The notes under the pieces: model-generated
The model's input: the letters and a program-made list of their open reading frames with translations, nothing else
What the model was told of the DNA's origin: nothing
Databases searched by the model: none
Shown: piece after piece, positions 1-8,884 of the stretch
Numbering within the stretch: position 1 is the stretch's first letter
How the letters are laid out: the number at the start of each line of letters is the position of its first letter
NCBI GenBank assembly: GCA_036405175.1
Contig: DASWYC010000002.1
Coordinates: forward strand, 57,892-121,891
DNA from: Minisyncoccota bacterium
GTDB lineage: Bacteria; Patescibacteriota; Minisyncoccia; Phycocordibacterales; UBA1006
DNA: 64,000 nucleotides
Reading direction: 5' to 3'
Made by a program: the position numbers and the translations under genes

Positions 1-218
1 CAAAATTACTGTAATTAATAAACTATTAATACGACTTAAGGCGCCGTCCTAAATATGACTTGCGGATCTTACGGGGATCGAAGTCGGGAAAGTGTTGGCG
101 GATAGCTAAGTTAGAATTCTTGCCTCTATAATTTATAGAGGCATTATATTTATCTCATTCTATACAAAATTAAGATTTTAGGGTATACTGGCGGTACTTA
201 TTAATAGTATAAATCACT

Positions 219-347
219 ATGGCAAAACGAAGTCCTAAAATTGGTGTGCACGTAAAGTCAAACCATTCTCCAAAGACCAAGAAGCGTATCGAGGCAAAGC
301 TCGTAATGCTTGAAGCTAAAAAAGCAAAGCGTGGAGGAAAGAAATAA
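219..347 (+). CDS. small lysine/arginine-rich ORF (42 aa, MAKRSPKIGVHVKSNHSPKTKKRIEAKLVMLEAKKAKRGGKK); possible ribosome- or nucleic-acid-associated small protein
   Basis: ATG at 219, stop 345-347. Promoter-like TATACT/TATAAA boxes lie upstream and a strong hairpin terminator follows. It is below the 60-aa cutoff of the ORF track. No family recognised. Confidence 0.3.
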   Translation: MAKRSPKIGVHVKSNHSPKTKKRIEAKLVMLEAKKAKRGGKK

Positions 348-362
348 AATTATTTCCTAAAA

Positions 363-393
363 AATCTTAACCAGTGATGGTTAAGATTTTTTA
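363..393. terminator. rho-independent terminator (AATCTTAACC / GGTTAAGATT stem + T-tract), bidirectional between convergent genes
   Basis: Perfect 10-bp inverted repeat followed by TTTTTT. Seen directly. Confidence 0.6.
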
Positions 394-980
394 GTATAGT
401 TAGCCAGGAATGGAATTGAAATCATTATTGCCCCCAAAAGATCAAGCGCCATATCTTTTTGCGCATCCCAAATATCGCCTTGAGATCCCAAGAAAGCTGC
501 GCCAGCTGAACCTCCATAGAGTGCGGCGTATGCCCATTCAATAACCTCGTATACCATTGCAACCGTTCCAATAGTAAAAATTCCAAATAAAACAGCAATC
601 CAAATAGTTGAAACCTTTTTTGTTTTCCAAAGATATTCGGCAATAGGATAGGCATAGAATCCTGCTGAAAAGTGCCCAATACGATCAAACATATTGCGTT
701 CAAATCCAAAAAGATTATTAAAAAAATCAAAAGGAACGAGTTCGAACGTATAATATCCACCAATAGTGTGCCAAAAAGCTAAAAATGCGATACAGCAGTA
801 TGCAAAGTTGGAAAAGCGGATATTCTTAAAATAGAGAATTGTAGCGGTTGTAACGATTAAGAGTATCGGAATATTTTCTGCCCACCACACTGCACGATCA
901 AAAGGATTAACCGCAAGAATAAAAAATTCTACTATATAAATTGCAAAAAGAATTTTTGGAAATATTGATTTATTTTCCAT
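381..980 (-). CDS. polytopic inner-membrane protein, YjdF/DUF2238-like
   Basis: 199 aa with multiple TM helices. Overall similarity to the YjdF-like family is from memory. Confidence 0.45.
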   Translation of the reverse strand: MENKSIFPKILFAIYIVEFFILAVNPFDRAVWWAENIPILLIVTTATILYFKNIRFSNFAYCCIAFLAFWHTIGGYYTFELVPFDFFNNLFGFERNMFDRIGHFSAGFYAYPIAEYLWKTKKVSTIWIAVLFGIFTIGTVAMVYEVIEWAYAALYGGSAGAAFLGSQGDIWDAQKDMALDLLGAIMISIPFLANYTKKS

Positions 981-983
981 GAG

Positions 984-1403
984 TTAATTAAGAAGCCCGT
1001 ACTCTTTGGCCATTGTAATAAGACGAGGAATAAATACAATCGCATAAATCACCGCAGAGGTAATGAATGCAATCAAAACTGCTCCCGCTGCAACATCTTT
1101 AGTATCGCGTGCATACGGATGAAAATCAGGAGAGGTAAGATCAATGTCAATTTCTATGGCTGAATTGAATGCTTCAGAAGCCATAACAAATCCCATTGAG
1201 AAAATGAGGATTGCCCATTCGGCAGTATTTACCTTGAAGTAGCATCCAAGAATAATAACCACGATACTTACCGCAATATGTACCCAAAAGTTATGCTGAG
1301 TTCTAACAAGTACCCATAAGCCACGAGATGCATGGGTAAGACTCTGGAAACGTTTAATAACACTAAAGCGTTTTTCTTCTGAATAATTGGTTGTCTGATT
1401 CAT
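984..1403 (-). CDS. dgkA: prokaryotic diacylglycerol kinase / undecaprenol kinase family protein
   Basis: 139 aa, 3 TM helices. The ASEAFNSAIE...D.....AKD.AAGAVL pattern is typical of the DgkA family. Confidence 0.6.
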   Translation of the reverse strand: MNQTTNYSEEKRFSVIKRFQSLTHASRGLWVLVRTQHNFWVHIAVSIVVIILGCYFKVNTAEWAILIFSMGFVMASEAFNSAIEIDIDLTSPDFHPYARDTKDVAAGAVLIAFITSAVIYAIVFIPRLITMAKEYGLLN

Positions 1404-3297
1404 GAAGAAAGTATATCACGCATATGAAGTGGGTGGACAAGTGGCACAAAAACGAGTTATCTTGTATAGTTGCTATAAGACTATGAAATCAAAACCGCAG
1501 CAATTTTTAGACAGAATGAATAAGGAATACATAAAGCTCCATAAGGTGTACGAGGAGTACTTCTGGACCTCATATATGGGAGACACATCGGTTAATCCTC
1601 AAAAAGATGAAGCGTTGGCGGCTCGAGATGCGTTTAGGGCGGATTCCACATACATTGCACAAATCAAAGATTTGTTGCCGAAAGCTAACAAGCAGGAACA
1701 GTCTCGCCTTAAGCTATGGCTTAAATTCTTTGAAGCGTATCAATCACCTCAAGAAGGGATTGAATTAAAGAAAAAGATTGATGCACTTGAAACTAAAATT
1801 ACTAAAAAACGAGCAACCCGCAAAGAAGGATATATTGATCCCGTTACCCAAAAGTTTGTTAAGGCATCGGAGAATAAAATGTCTACGATGACACGAACTC
1901 ATCCTGATGAAAAAATTCGCAAAGCATGTTTTGAGGCACGCGAAAAGTTGGCAGAGGATTGCTTGCCTGAATATATTGAAATGATTAAACTTCGCAATGA
2001 GTATGCACGCATGCTTGGTTTTGAAGACTTTTATGCATATAAAGTTGAGCGTGAAGATGGGATGACCAAAAAAGAACTATTTGCAATTTTTGATGCAATA
2101 TATGAAAAGACAAAATACGCATTTAAAGATTTAAGAACACTTGAAAAGAAAATGCCTAATCTAAGAAAGCCATGGAATTTTGGATACATGATGACCGGAA
2201 ACTTTACCAAAGAAGAAGATCAATATTTTCCATTTGAAGAAGCGGTTACTCGATGGGGTCGCTCATTTGCTGCGTTAGGAATAGACTTTCAAGGAGGAAA
2301 ACTGCAACTTGATTTGCTTGATCGGCAGGGAAAGTATGACAACGGATTCTGTCACTGGCCAGATATGGTGAGCTTTGAAAACGGAAAACGAAAACCAGGA
2401 AGTTCAAACTTTACCTGTAACGTGGTAATGGGGCAAGTAGGTTCTGCGTTTCAGGGATATCATACGCTGTTCCACGAAGGTGGACATGCTGCGCACTTAT
2501 TGAACTCTGAACAACAGGATGTTTGCGTCAATCATGAGTATGCACCAATGGCGTCATCATGGGCAGAAACACAAAGTATGTTCTTGGATACGATGTTAAG
2601 CAGTATTGAATGGCTCACACGATATGCGCATAATACACAAGGAGATGAATATCCGTTTGAGCTCTTTGTTCGTAGGGTTGAAAAGCTGGGTCCGTTACGA
2701 CCGCTCAATCTTAACGGAATCATCTTTGTTTCAAGTTTTGAGAAGGAGATTTATGAAACAAAAAATCTAACTGCCGAAAAGGTTAAGAATATTGCTCGTA
2801 AAGCATACAAGAAATATTTTGATCGAAGTGAAGATTCTCTGTATGCATTGAACGTACCTCATATTTATGCTTGGGAAAATTCAGGATCATATCACGGATA
2901 CGGTTTGGCAGAACTTGCTCTTGAGCAATGGCGGGATTACTTCTACAAAAAGTATGGATATATTGTTGATAATCCTCAAGTGGGTAAAGAGATGAAAAAA
3001 GTATGGGCGCTTGGCTCATCAAAAACATTTAAAGAATGTGTACAAATGGCAACTGGTAAAAAATTGAGCCCACAAGCATTTGTTCGTGTTGTTACTCGTT
3101 CAAAAGATACAATCATTAAGCTAGCTCAACAGCGTATTAAAAAACTTAACGAGGTTAAGGTTTCTCGTGCGGCTATAAAGCTTAATGCTCAGATAGCAAT
3201 GGTGAGCGGAAAAGAAACTATCGCAACAAATGCAAAGAGTTTTGAGGACATGGCAGAGAAATACGGAAAATGGCTCAAAACTCAGGTAGAAAAGTAG
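1402..3297 (+). CDS. M3-family zinc metallopeptidase (oligoendopeptidase F-like)
   Basis: HEGGHAAH motif (HExxH) with a downstream Glu (AETQS) as in M3 peptidases; 631 aa. The start overlaps the dgkA start (CATG), so the true start may be an internal Met (M28 or M39). Confidence 0.5.
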   Translation: MKKVYHAYEVGGQVAQKRVILYSCYKTMKSKPQQFLDRMNKEYIKLHKVYEEYFWTSYMGDTSVNPQKDEALAARDAFRADSTYIAQIKDLLPKANKQEQSRLKLWLKFFEAYQSPQEGIELKKKIDALETKITKKRATRKEGYIDPVTQKFVKASENKMSTMTRTHPDEKIRKACFEAREKLAEDCLPEYIEMIKLRNEYARMLGFEDFYAYKVEREDGMTKKELFAIFDAIYEKTKYAFKDLRTLEKKMPNLRKPWNFGYMMTGNFTKEEDQYFPFEEAVTRWGRSFAALGIDFQGGKLQLDLLDRQGKYDNGFCHWPDMVSFENGKRKPGSSNFTCNVVMGQVGSAFQGYHTLFHEGGHAAHLLNSEQQDVCVNHEYAPMASSWAETQSMFLDTMLSSIEWLTRYAHNTQGDEYPFELFVRRVEKLGPLRPLNLNGIIFVSSFEKEIYETKNLTAEKVKNIARKAYKKYFDRSEDSLYALNVPHIYAWENSGSYHGYGLAELALEQWRDYFYKKYGYIVDNPQVGKEMKKVWALGSSKTFKECVQMATGKKLSPQAFVRVVTRSKDTIIKLAQQRIKKLNEVKVSRAAIKLNAQIAMVSGKETIATNAKSFEDMAEKYGKWLKTQVEK

Positions 3298-3298
3298 T

Positions 3299-3622
3299 AT
3301 GAAAAAAGAAGCGTCGCCGTATGTTAAGCGAGTGATTGAGTTGGCGTTAAAAATTCCCAAAGGTCGCGTGACAACATACGGGATTATTAATCGACTTGCT
3401 GGCGGTTCTCCGCGTATGGCGCAAATGATTACAAGTATTCTCGGACGATCAGACGTTGCGGATAAGATTCCATTTCATAGAATTATTTATAGTGATGGTC
3501 GCGTATGGACAAGCCCAGAACACGATACTCAACGTATGAAACTCTACAAAACAGAAGGAATCAAGATTGATGAAAAAGGAAAGGTGATTGATTTTGATAA
3601 AAAAGTATATTTGTTTGAATAA
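3299..3622 (+). CDS. MGMT-fold alkyltransferase-like (ATL) protein; the active-site Cys of the PCHRV motif is replaced by Phe (IPFHRII)
   Basis: VTTYG...GSPRMA...IPFHRII matches the Ogt/Ada C-terminal DNA-binding domain, but without the acceptor cysteine. Confidence 0.55.
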   Translation: MKKEASPYVKRVIELALKIPKGRVTTYGIINRLAGGSPRMAQMITSILGRSDVADKIPFHRIIYSDGRVWTSPEHDTQRMKLYKTEGIKIDEKGKVIDFDKKVYLFE

Positions 3623-3626
3623 AAAA

Positions 3627-3651
3627 TAGCTCCACCTTTTTGATGGAGCTA
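3627..3651. terminator. hairpin terminator (TAGCTCCA / TGGAGCTA); an A-run on the plus side gives a T-run for the minus-strand gene
   Basis: Inverted repeat seen directly. Confidence 0.5.
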
Positions 3652-3670
3652 TTAAAAATACGTTTTAAGA

Positions 3671-4069
3671 TTAATCGAGTTTGTCTTTTAAGAAATCAAA
3701 TGCTTTAAGAGCTTTTTTCGCACGTACAGCCGCTGCTCCAAGTGAGTCATCCCCACCTTCGGAGTCTTCGAAGTTCCTATACTGTTCATAGCCATTTTTG
3801 TCTACAATTCTTTGTAGATATTTTAGCTGCTCTTTCATCATTTTTTTATGGTTGGTAATTATTTGCGAAGAAAAACTATTTATTATTTTCACTACGGTAA
3901 TAATCACCACGCATGCAGCAATCATAACAAGGGCAGGGTTATGATCTTTAAGTATCAATAAAGCCATTAGAAGAGCAATAATAGAAGCAATACCTCCAGT
4001 GAGGTAATTGTACATATTTTTATTCCTCATTAAAACGTAGTCGCGAGACATTTCTAAGAATCCTTCCAT
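3671..4069 (-). CDS. hypothetical membrane protein
   Basis: 132 aa ORF. The N-terminal half is hydrophobic and the C-terminal half is charged. Confidence 0.35.
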   Translation of the reverse strand: MEGFLEMSRDYVLMRNKNMYNYLTGGIASIIALLMALLILKDHNPALVMIAACVVIITVVKIINSFSSQIITNHKKMMKEQLKYLQRIVDKNGYEQYRNFEDSEGGDDSLGAAAVRAKKALKAFDFLKDKLD

Positions 4070-4080
4070 AGAATATGGGT

Positions 4081-4635
4081 TTAATTTTTAACTATATTAA
4101 CTAAATAAAATTTACTACAAAATAAAGAAAAGTCAAACAAAAGTCGCATAGTTTCTATGCGACTTACGGAAGAGTTCTTTCTTCGTTTTGTTTTGATCCG
4201 ACTTAATCTACGAAGACTAAGTAGTCTGTTGAAGGCTTTTGATAATATAAATCTTATTAGCAAAAGAGTGTAGTTAACCATTAGCGCAAAAAGTAAGTTA
4301 AGGAACGTGAACTTCAGAAATCTTAATGTTTCTTCGTGAAAGCTTGTCGTTATAAAACATCCTAAGAATCCGATTAATGGAAATAGTGCTATAACAACAT
4401 TGGTTCCTCTGTTTCTTTTTACTTCTTTTTCAATATCAAAGTTGTAGTTAATTCTTGATTCGTTGATTAACTCAATCTTTCCGAATAGTATCAAACTACA
4501 AACGGAAATAGTTACGACGAAAAAGAATTCATCTCTTTTTATTGACCATAAAAGTGCAGTAATAACAGCAAAGACAATCGTTGCAATAATGGGTAATAGT
4601 ACCCTTACAAAAAAAGATTCATTTTTCATATCCAA
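4081..4635 (-). CDS. hypothetical polytopic membrane protein
   Basis: 184 aa ORF with several TM segments and a basic C-terminal tail. Confidence 0.35.
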   Translation of the reverse strand: MDMKNESFFVRVLLPIIATIVFAVITALLWSIKRDEFFFVVTISVCSLILFGKIELINESRINYNFDIEKEVKRNRGTNVVIALFPLIGFLGCFITTSFHEETLRFLKFTFLNLLFALMVNYTLLLIRFILSKAFNRLLSLRRLSRIKTKRRKNSSVSRIETMRLLFDFSLFCSKFYLVNIVKN

Positions 4636-4721
4636 GAGTTGTTTTGGGTTTATGTTAATTTGTCTAATAGTATTATACTATATATATTATATAATGTCAA
4701 TATTTTGGATTCCTTTAAAAA

Positions 4722-5849
4722 CTAATTAACTTTTGTGATTTTAGTAAACCCAAATACATCACTTTTTACATCATACGCATACGGAAGCGCGGTGTAGTTT
4801 TGTACAATTTTTTCTACAAATGTATCAACAAATAATTTTGTTTTGTCATTCTCGTTCATATTCTTATACGTGCCAAAGACTGCAAAATATACATGGCCTT
4901 TCTCAGTATTAATTACACCTGCAAGATTTTGGTGATAGTTGATAAAGCCAGACTTAAGTACAACATTATCTGCACTTGAAAGTCCTGCAAGACGCTTACT
5001 TACTACACCCGGATCACGCCCCGGTACTGACATTACATCGGTGATCTGAAGCCCTACGTTATGAAGTGATTGCTCAAAATGTTTAAGGACTTTTAACGTA
5101 AGCTCACAGGTGGTGTAGTTATTTTTAAGTCCCGATCCGGTTCCAAACTTTACAGTGTTCGTATCTGCGCCATAAACTTGCTTCATGTATTTTTGAAACT
5201 CTGAATAGCCACCAGCTCGTTCAATGAGTACATCAGAAGAAATATTGGTTGAGTAATCATTAATCTGCTTCATAAGTATTGAAAGCGGTGCTGACTCAAA
5301 CGTATAGATACTTCCAGCTCCAGAATACTTTTTAGCTGAGTATGCTACTGCAAGATTTTTATCTACTGATATATTTTTATTATTCTTAAGCGCGCTTATC
5401 AGTGCAGACTTCACGGTTGGAGATGTTTGTTTCCAGTTAAAATAAAAGTTAGGAGAAAATACGATCTTTTTAATTGGTGATGAAGGACTCATTTGCTTAA
5501 TGACAGCTTCAAGATTTTCAATCACAAAGTGTGGATCGCCGCCACCGTTAATATAAAGTGTTGAGTCGTTCAAAATAAAGTCGGTTTTGTAGCGAAAATC
5601 TTTTCCAAGTTTTGCGAGTGCAAAATCGAATGTATATACTTTTGAAACTGAAGCCGGAATAACGCGTGCTGTTGGTCTATATGATTGCGTTGTTCCATCC
5701 GGATCTTGAAGACAGAATGCTTGCTGAGATATGGCAAGATTATTTTTTGCAACCAGTTGTTTATGAATTGTACTAAGATCTGCAGCAAACGTGAATTGAG
5801 GTATCAATGCACCAAGAATCAAAAGAGGGGTGAAAATTCGTAACATCAT
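4722..5849 (-). CDS. dacB: D-alanyl-D-alanine carboxypeptidase/endopeptidase, PBP4 (peptidase S13) family
   Basis: Signal peptide, SVSK (SxxK) active-site motif and GGGDP motif typical of DacB/PBP4. Confidence 0.7.
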   Translation of the reverse strand: MMLRIFTPLLILGALIPQFTFAADLSTIHKQLVAKNNLAISQQAFCLQDPDGTTQSYRPTARVIPASVSKVYTFDFALAKLGKDFRYKTDFILNDSTLYINGGGDPHFVIENLEAVIKQMSPSSPIKKIVFSPNFYFNWKQTSPTVKSALISALKNNKNISVDKNLAVAYSAKKYSGAGSIYTFESAPLSILMKQINDYSTNISSDVLIERAGGYSEFQKYMKQVYGADTNTVKFGTGSGLKNNYTTCELTLKVLKHFEQSLHNVGLQITDVMSVPGRDPGVVSKRLAGLSSADNVVLKSGFINYHQNLAGVINTEKGHVYFAVFGTYKNMNENDKTKLFVDTFVEKIVQNYTALPYAYDVKSDVFGFTKITKVN

Positions 5850-5909
5850 AATAAATAAGGACGAGAAAGTGTGATTAAGATTACTATCGCTCTAGTATTG
5901 TAAAGTTTC

Positions 5910-6116
5910 ATGAAAATTGTCGCAAATTTGAAGGTGTATAGTATGTATATGAATCAGAAGTTCATTACCGGCGTGTGTACTATTGTTGGGTCGGGTATTG
6001 GAAGTGCTATCCCACTCATATGGGGAGCATCCATGCTCTCAATGAGCTCAATGGTTTTTGGTGCACTCGGAGCTATTGCTGGTATTTGGGTTGGATTTAA
6101 GATAAATAATTACTAA
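5910..6116 (+). CDS. small hydrophobic glycine-zipper peptide (about 55-68 aa)
   Basis: Repeated GxxxG/AxxxG spacing (GSGIGSAIPLIWGASMLSMSSMVFGALGAIAGIWVG). Several in-frame Met starts are possible. Confidence 0.3.
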   Translation: MKIVANLKVYSMYMNQKFITGVCTIVGSGIGSAIPLIWGASMLSMSSMVFGALGAIAGIWVGFKINNY

Positions 6117-6183
6117 TTAGACAATATCTAAAATAAGTGTTATTGTAAACCAAAATTCAAAACATATTTTAAAAATCAAGAAC

Positions 6184-6972
6184 ATGAAGAAAAGATTTTC
6201 TTTTATTGGGGTAACTGATGTTTCAGATTCCCGCGAAGTTGAAGAGTTTTTAGGTACTTTTAAAAACTTTTGGCCCGAGAATGAAGTCTACAAGCTTCAG
6301 ATTGGACCCATGACGAATCCGCTCATTATTGCAGGTGTTGGCGGTAGTGAATGGGATGATATTTGGCCAAAACCAGAACGTTTGGCTGAGTTATTCCTGA
6401 GCGACGAGAAGCTATTTAACACTGTTCATTATGCTAACCCTAACAGTAACGATAACTTCCTGAACGACTTGTTAGCCATAACTTATTATGGAGGTGAAAA
6501 TCTGCACGGCATTCAGCTCGACATGGTGTGGCCCTCTATTGAGGTTCTACGAATGTATAGAGAGAAGAATCCCCACATAAAAATCATCCTGCAGGTTGGC
6601 AATGATTCTCTCAAGCAAGTCTTTGATAAAAAAGAAACGCTTGTTGATCACCTTCGGCTATACGAAGCTCTCATTGATTATGTGTTGCTTGATATGAGTA
6701 TGGGAAGAGGTATAGCAATGAATCCGGATCTCTTGGCTCAGCATATATCTTTGATCCAAGATTCTTTTCCAGGCCTTGGCGTTGCGGTGGCTGGCGGGCT
6801 TGGTCCTGACACTGCTGAGTTGGCTTACCCTTTGTTGGAAAGATTTAAAGGGTTAAGTGTTGATGCTCAGCGTAAGCTACATCGAGATGAAGATCTCAGA
6901 AAGCCCTTGGATATTGGTAGTGTGAATATGTACATTATAAAGAATCTAAACTTTATACTTGATAATTCATGA
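6184..6972 (+). CDS. TIM-barrel protein resembling phosphoribosylanthranilate isomerase (TrpF-like)
   Basis: N-terminal FIGVT, internal LHGIQLD and C-terminal VLLDMSMGRG...VAGGLGPDT resemble the TrpF pattern (ICGIT, QLHG, LLDs..GGtG, LAGGL.peN). Assignment is tentative. Confidence 0.3.
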   Translation: MKKRFSFIGVTDVSDSREVEEFLGTFKNFWPENEVYKLQIGPMTNPLIIAGVGGSEWDDIWPKPERLAELFLSDEKLFNTVHYANPNSNDNFLNDLLAITYYGGENLHGIQLDMVWPSIEVLRMYREKNPHIKIILQVGNDSLKQVFDKKETLVDHLRLYEALIDYVLLDMSMGRGIAMNPDLLAQHISLIQDSFPGLGVAVAGGLGPDTAELAYPLLERFKGLSVDAQRKLHRDEDLRKPLDIGSVNMYIIKNLNFILDNS

Positions 6973-6990
6973 GAATCTCAAATCGGTTTA

Positions 6991-7029
6991 AAAAGGCTTC
7001 GTGTAAAGTTTGCGAAGCCTTTTTGTTTT
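6991..7029 (+). terminator. rho-independent terminator (AAGGCTTCG / CGAAGCCTT + T-tract)
   Basis: Seen directly. Confidence 0.6.
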
Positions 7030-7046
7030 GAGTATGCTTAAGGTAT

Positions 7047-7976
7047 ATGAACAAAACCACCAGTATCATTATTGGAATCGTAATTATTCTTTTGGTTGGA
7101 TTTGCAATTGTTGTATCTGGCAAGAAGGCCAATGCACCAGTTGCTATAACTAACTTTGAAGAATGTGTAGCAGCAGGAAATCCAATTCAAGAAAGTTATC
7201 CTGAGCGCTGTACAACGCCAGATGGATTATCGTTTACTAAACAGATTGATCCAAATGATATGTCGCAATTTATTGTGCCAAATAATCCTCAGCCAAATGG
7301 GGAGATTTCAAGCGGTATTGAACTTACCGGAAAAGCTAATTGGTATTTTGAGGGATCGTTCCCGGTATACCTTCTTGATGCAAATGGTGTAGAGATGACG
7401 GCAACTCCTGCAACTGCACAGGGTGAATGGATGACAAGTGAATTAACTCCGTATAAGGCTGTTCTTAATTACTCAACCCCAACGACACCAACCGGAACAA
7501 TCGTATTACATAATGACAATGCATCGGGACTTCCGGAGAATGATAAAGAAGTTCGTATCCCGGTGAAATTTAAAGAATATAACCCTGATCAGAAGCTTAC
7601 TAAGGTAAAGGTGTATTTTAATAATTCAACCCAGAAGGCTGAATGCGAAAAGGTGATAGCTATTGAACGCTCGGTTCCAGAAACTCAAGCGATTGCACGT
7701 GCTGCGCTTGATGAGTTGCTTAAGGGGGTTATGTCGAGTGAGTTGAAGAATGGATATCAGACTTCAATTCAATCAGGAGTTAAGGTGAAAAGCCTAGATA
7801 TTAAAAATGGTACTGCAACGGTTGATTTCTCAAAAGAGCTAGGGGTTAATGCTGCGGGATCATGTCATGTTGGTGCCGTGCGCGCACAGATTGAGCAGAC
7901 GCTTAAACAGTTTAGTACAGTTAAAAAGGTTGTGATTTCTATTGAAGGAAATTCAAAAGATATTTTGCAACCGTAA
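7047..7976 (+). CDS. membrane-anchored protein with Gmad2-like Ig domain and GerMN domain
   Basis: N-terminal TM helix. The C-terminal region (QAIARAALDELLKG...ATVDFSKEL) resembles the GerMN family. Confidence 0.45.
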   Translation: MNKTTSIIIGIVIILLVGFAIVVSGKKANAPVAITNFEECVAAGNPIQESYPERCTTPDGLSFTKQIDPNDMSQFIVPNNPQPNGEISSGIELTGKANWYFEGSFPVYLLDANGVEMTATPATAQGEWMTSELTPYKAVLNYSTPTTPTGTIVLHNDNASGLPENDKEVRIPVKFKEYNPDQKLTKVKVYFNNSTQKAECEKVIAIERSVPETQAIARAALDELLKGVMSSELKNGYQTSIQSGVKVKSLDIKNGTATVDFSKELGVNAAGSCHVGAVRAQIEQTLKQFSTVKKVVISIEGNSKDILQP

Positions 7977-7986
7977 TGCGTTGATA

Positions 7987-8014
7987 TTGACTTGCTGGAG
8001 AGTTGGAGTATATT
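7987..8014 (+). promoter_or_regulatory. sigma70-like promoter: TTGACT, 16-nt spacer, TATATT
   Basis: Hexamers seen directly. It overlaps the first ATG of the next ORF, so that gene may start at a downstream Met (M16, around 8048). Confidence 0.35.
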
Positions 8015-8353
8015 TTTGATAAGTTATTAATTAAAAATATAGGCCCAATGATAGCGTTGTTGAATTTAACCCTGAGTTTTAGTATATTAGATCTTTTAAA
8101 AAAAGACTTTCGCTTTAACTTTACAAAAGGTAAGTATTGGTTCTGTAAACCGATTCATTCAAAAAGTTCCTATTATATTATAGGAATAGTAAAAATAAAT
8201 CCGGACTCATTTATTCCAGAATCAATTACTATTGGTATTTCGGATAGCCAAGATGGCGAACCAGAAAAAGATGTTCATGAATGTCGTTCACTTGAAGAAT
8301 TTGAAGTAATGAGAAAAAAATTAAAAGAAAGGTATCTATTAGAAAAGGCGTGA
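8003..8353 (+). CDS. hypothetical protein
   Basis: 116-aa ORF followed by a terminator. Start uncertain. Confidence 0.3.
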   Translation: MEYIFDKLLIKNIGPMIALLNLTLSFSILDLLKKDFRFNFTKGKYWFCKPIHSKSSYYIIGIVKINPDSFIPESITIGISDSQDGEPEKDVHECRSLEEFEVMRKKLKERYLLEKA

Positions 8354-8372
8354 TGAGAAATCACGCCTTTTA
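8344..8372. terminator. hairpin terminator (AAGGCGTGAT / ATCACGCCTT) between convergent genes
   Basis: Seen directly. Confidence 0.55.
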
Positions 8373-8382
8373 ACATATCTTG

Positions 8383-8856
8383 TTATTTCTTTACTTCAGC
8401 TGCGGGTCTGATAGAAACATTGGTTGCAGAAATACTTCCATCTGCATTTGGTGTTCCCATTACCATAACTTCTTCACCAACTTTCAAGTCAGTAATTGTT
8501 CCTGCTGCACTCTTTGAAACGGTGGTTGAAGGACTGATCATAATAATCTTTGATCCGGTCTCCCCCATTTGAACCGTAATACTTGTTGCATCAACAGAAA
8601 GAATCTTTCCCATTGCAGCATTGCCTCCAGCACGGCGCATCATGCCGCCTTGTGCACCGGCAACAAAGTTGCCACCCATGCCCATGCCAAAACCAGTATT
8701 ACCTCGTTGGCCTGCACGCATGGTGCCCATTTCACCACGCATAGCTCCACGCATTTTTGAATGAGCAACTTTAGTTCCAATAAAGAAGGCAAGCATAATC
8801 AAAATAACTGCGCCAATAATCATGCCGGTAAAACTTGTTCGTGAAAATGTATACAT
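8383..8856 (-). CDS. small membrane-anchored Gly/Met-rich protein; its C-terminal beta-rich module is paralogous to 12379..12873 (possibly DUF5666-like)
   Basis: N-terminal TM helix, then GMGMGG and MRGAMRGEMG low-complexity region. C-terminal ITDLKVGEEVMVMGTPNADGSISATNVSIRP aligns with PEDIKVDSVIVVIGEPSEDGTIAAKLIRILP of the other protein. Confidence 0.45.
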   Translation of the reverse strand: MYTFSRTSFTGMIIGAVILIMLAFFIGTKVAHSKMRGAMRGEMGTMRAGQRGNTGFGMGMGGNFVAGAQGGMMRRAGGNAAMGKILSVDATSITVQMGETGSKIIMISPSTTVSKSAAGTITDLKVGEEVMVMGTPNADGSISATNVSIRPAAEVKK

Positions 8857-8884
8857 AATAATTTATTTAAATAATAATGAGCAA

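Noticed and set aside
2532-3360. Small antisense ORFs inside the peptidase gene (2532..2723-, 2783..3028-, 3121..3360-) and similar antisense ORFs inside ileS, glyQS, gatA, M16 peptidase, ftsK and recA
   Set aside because: They are embedded opposite or out of frame to genes with clear homology and have no independent support.
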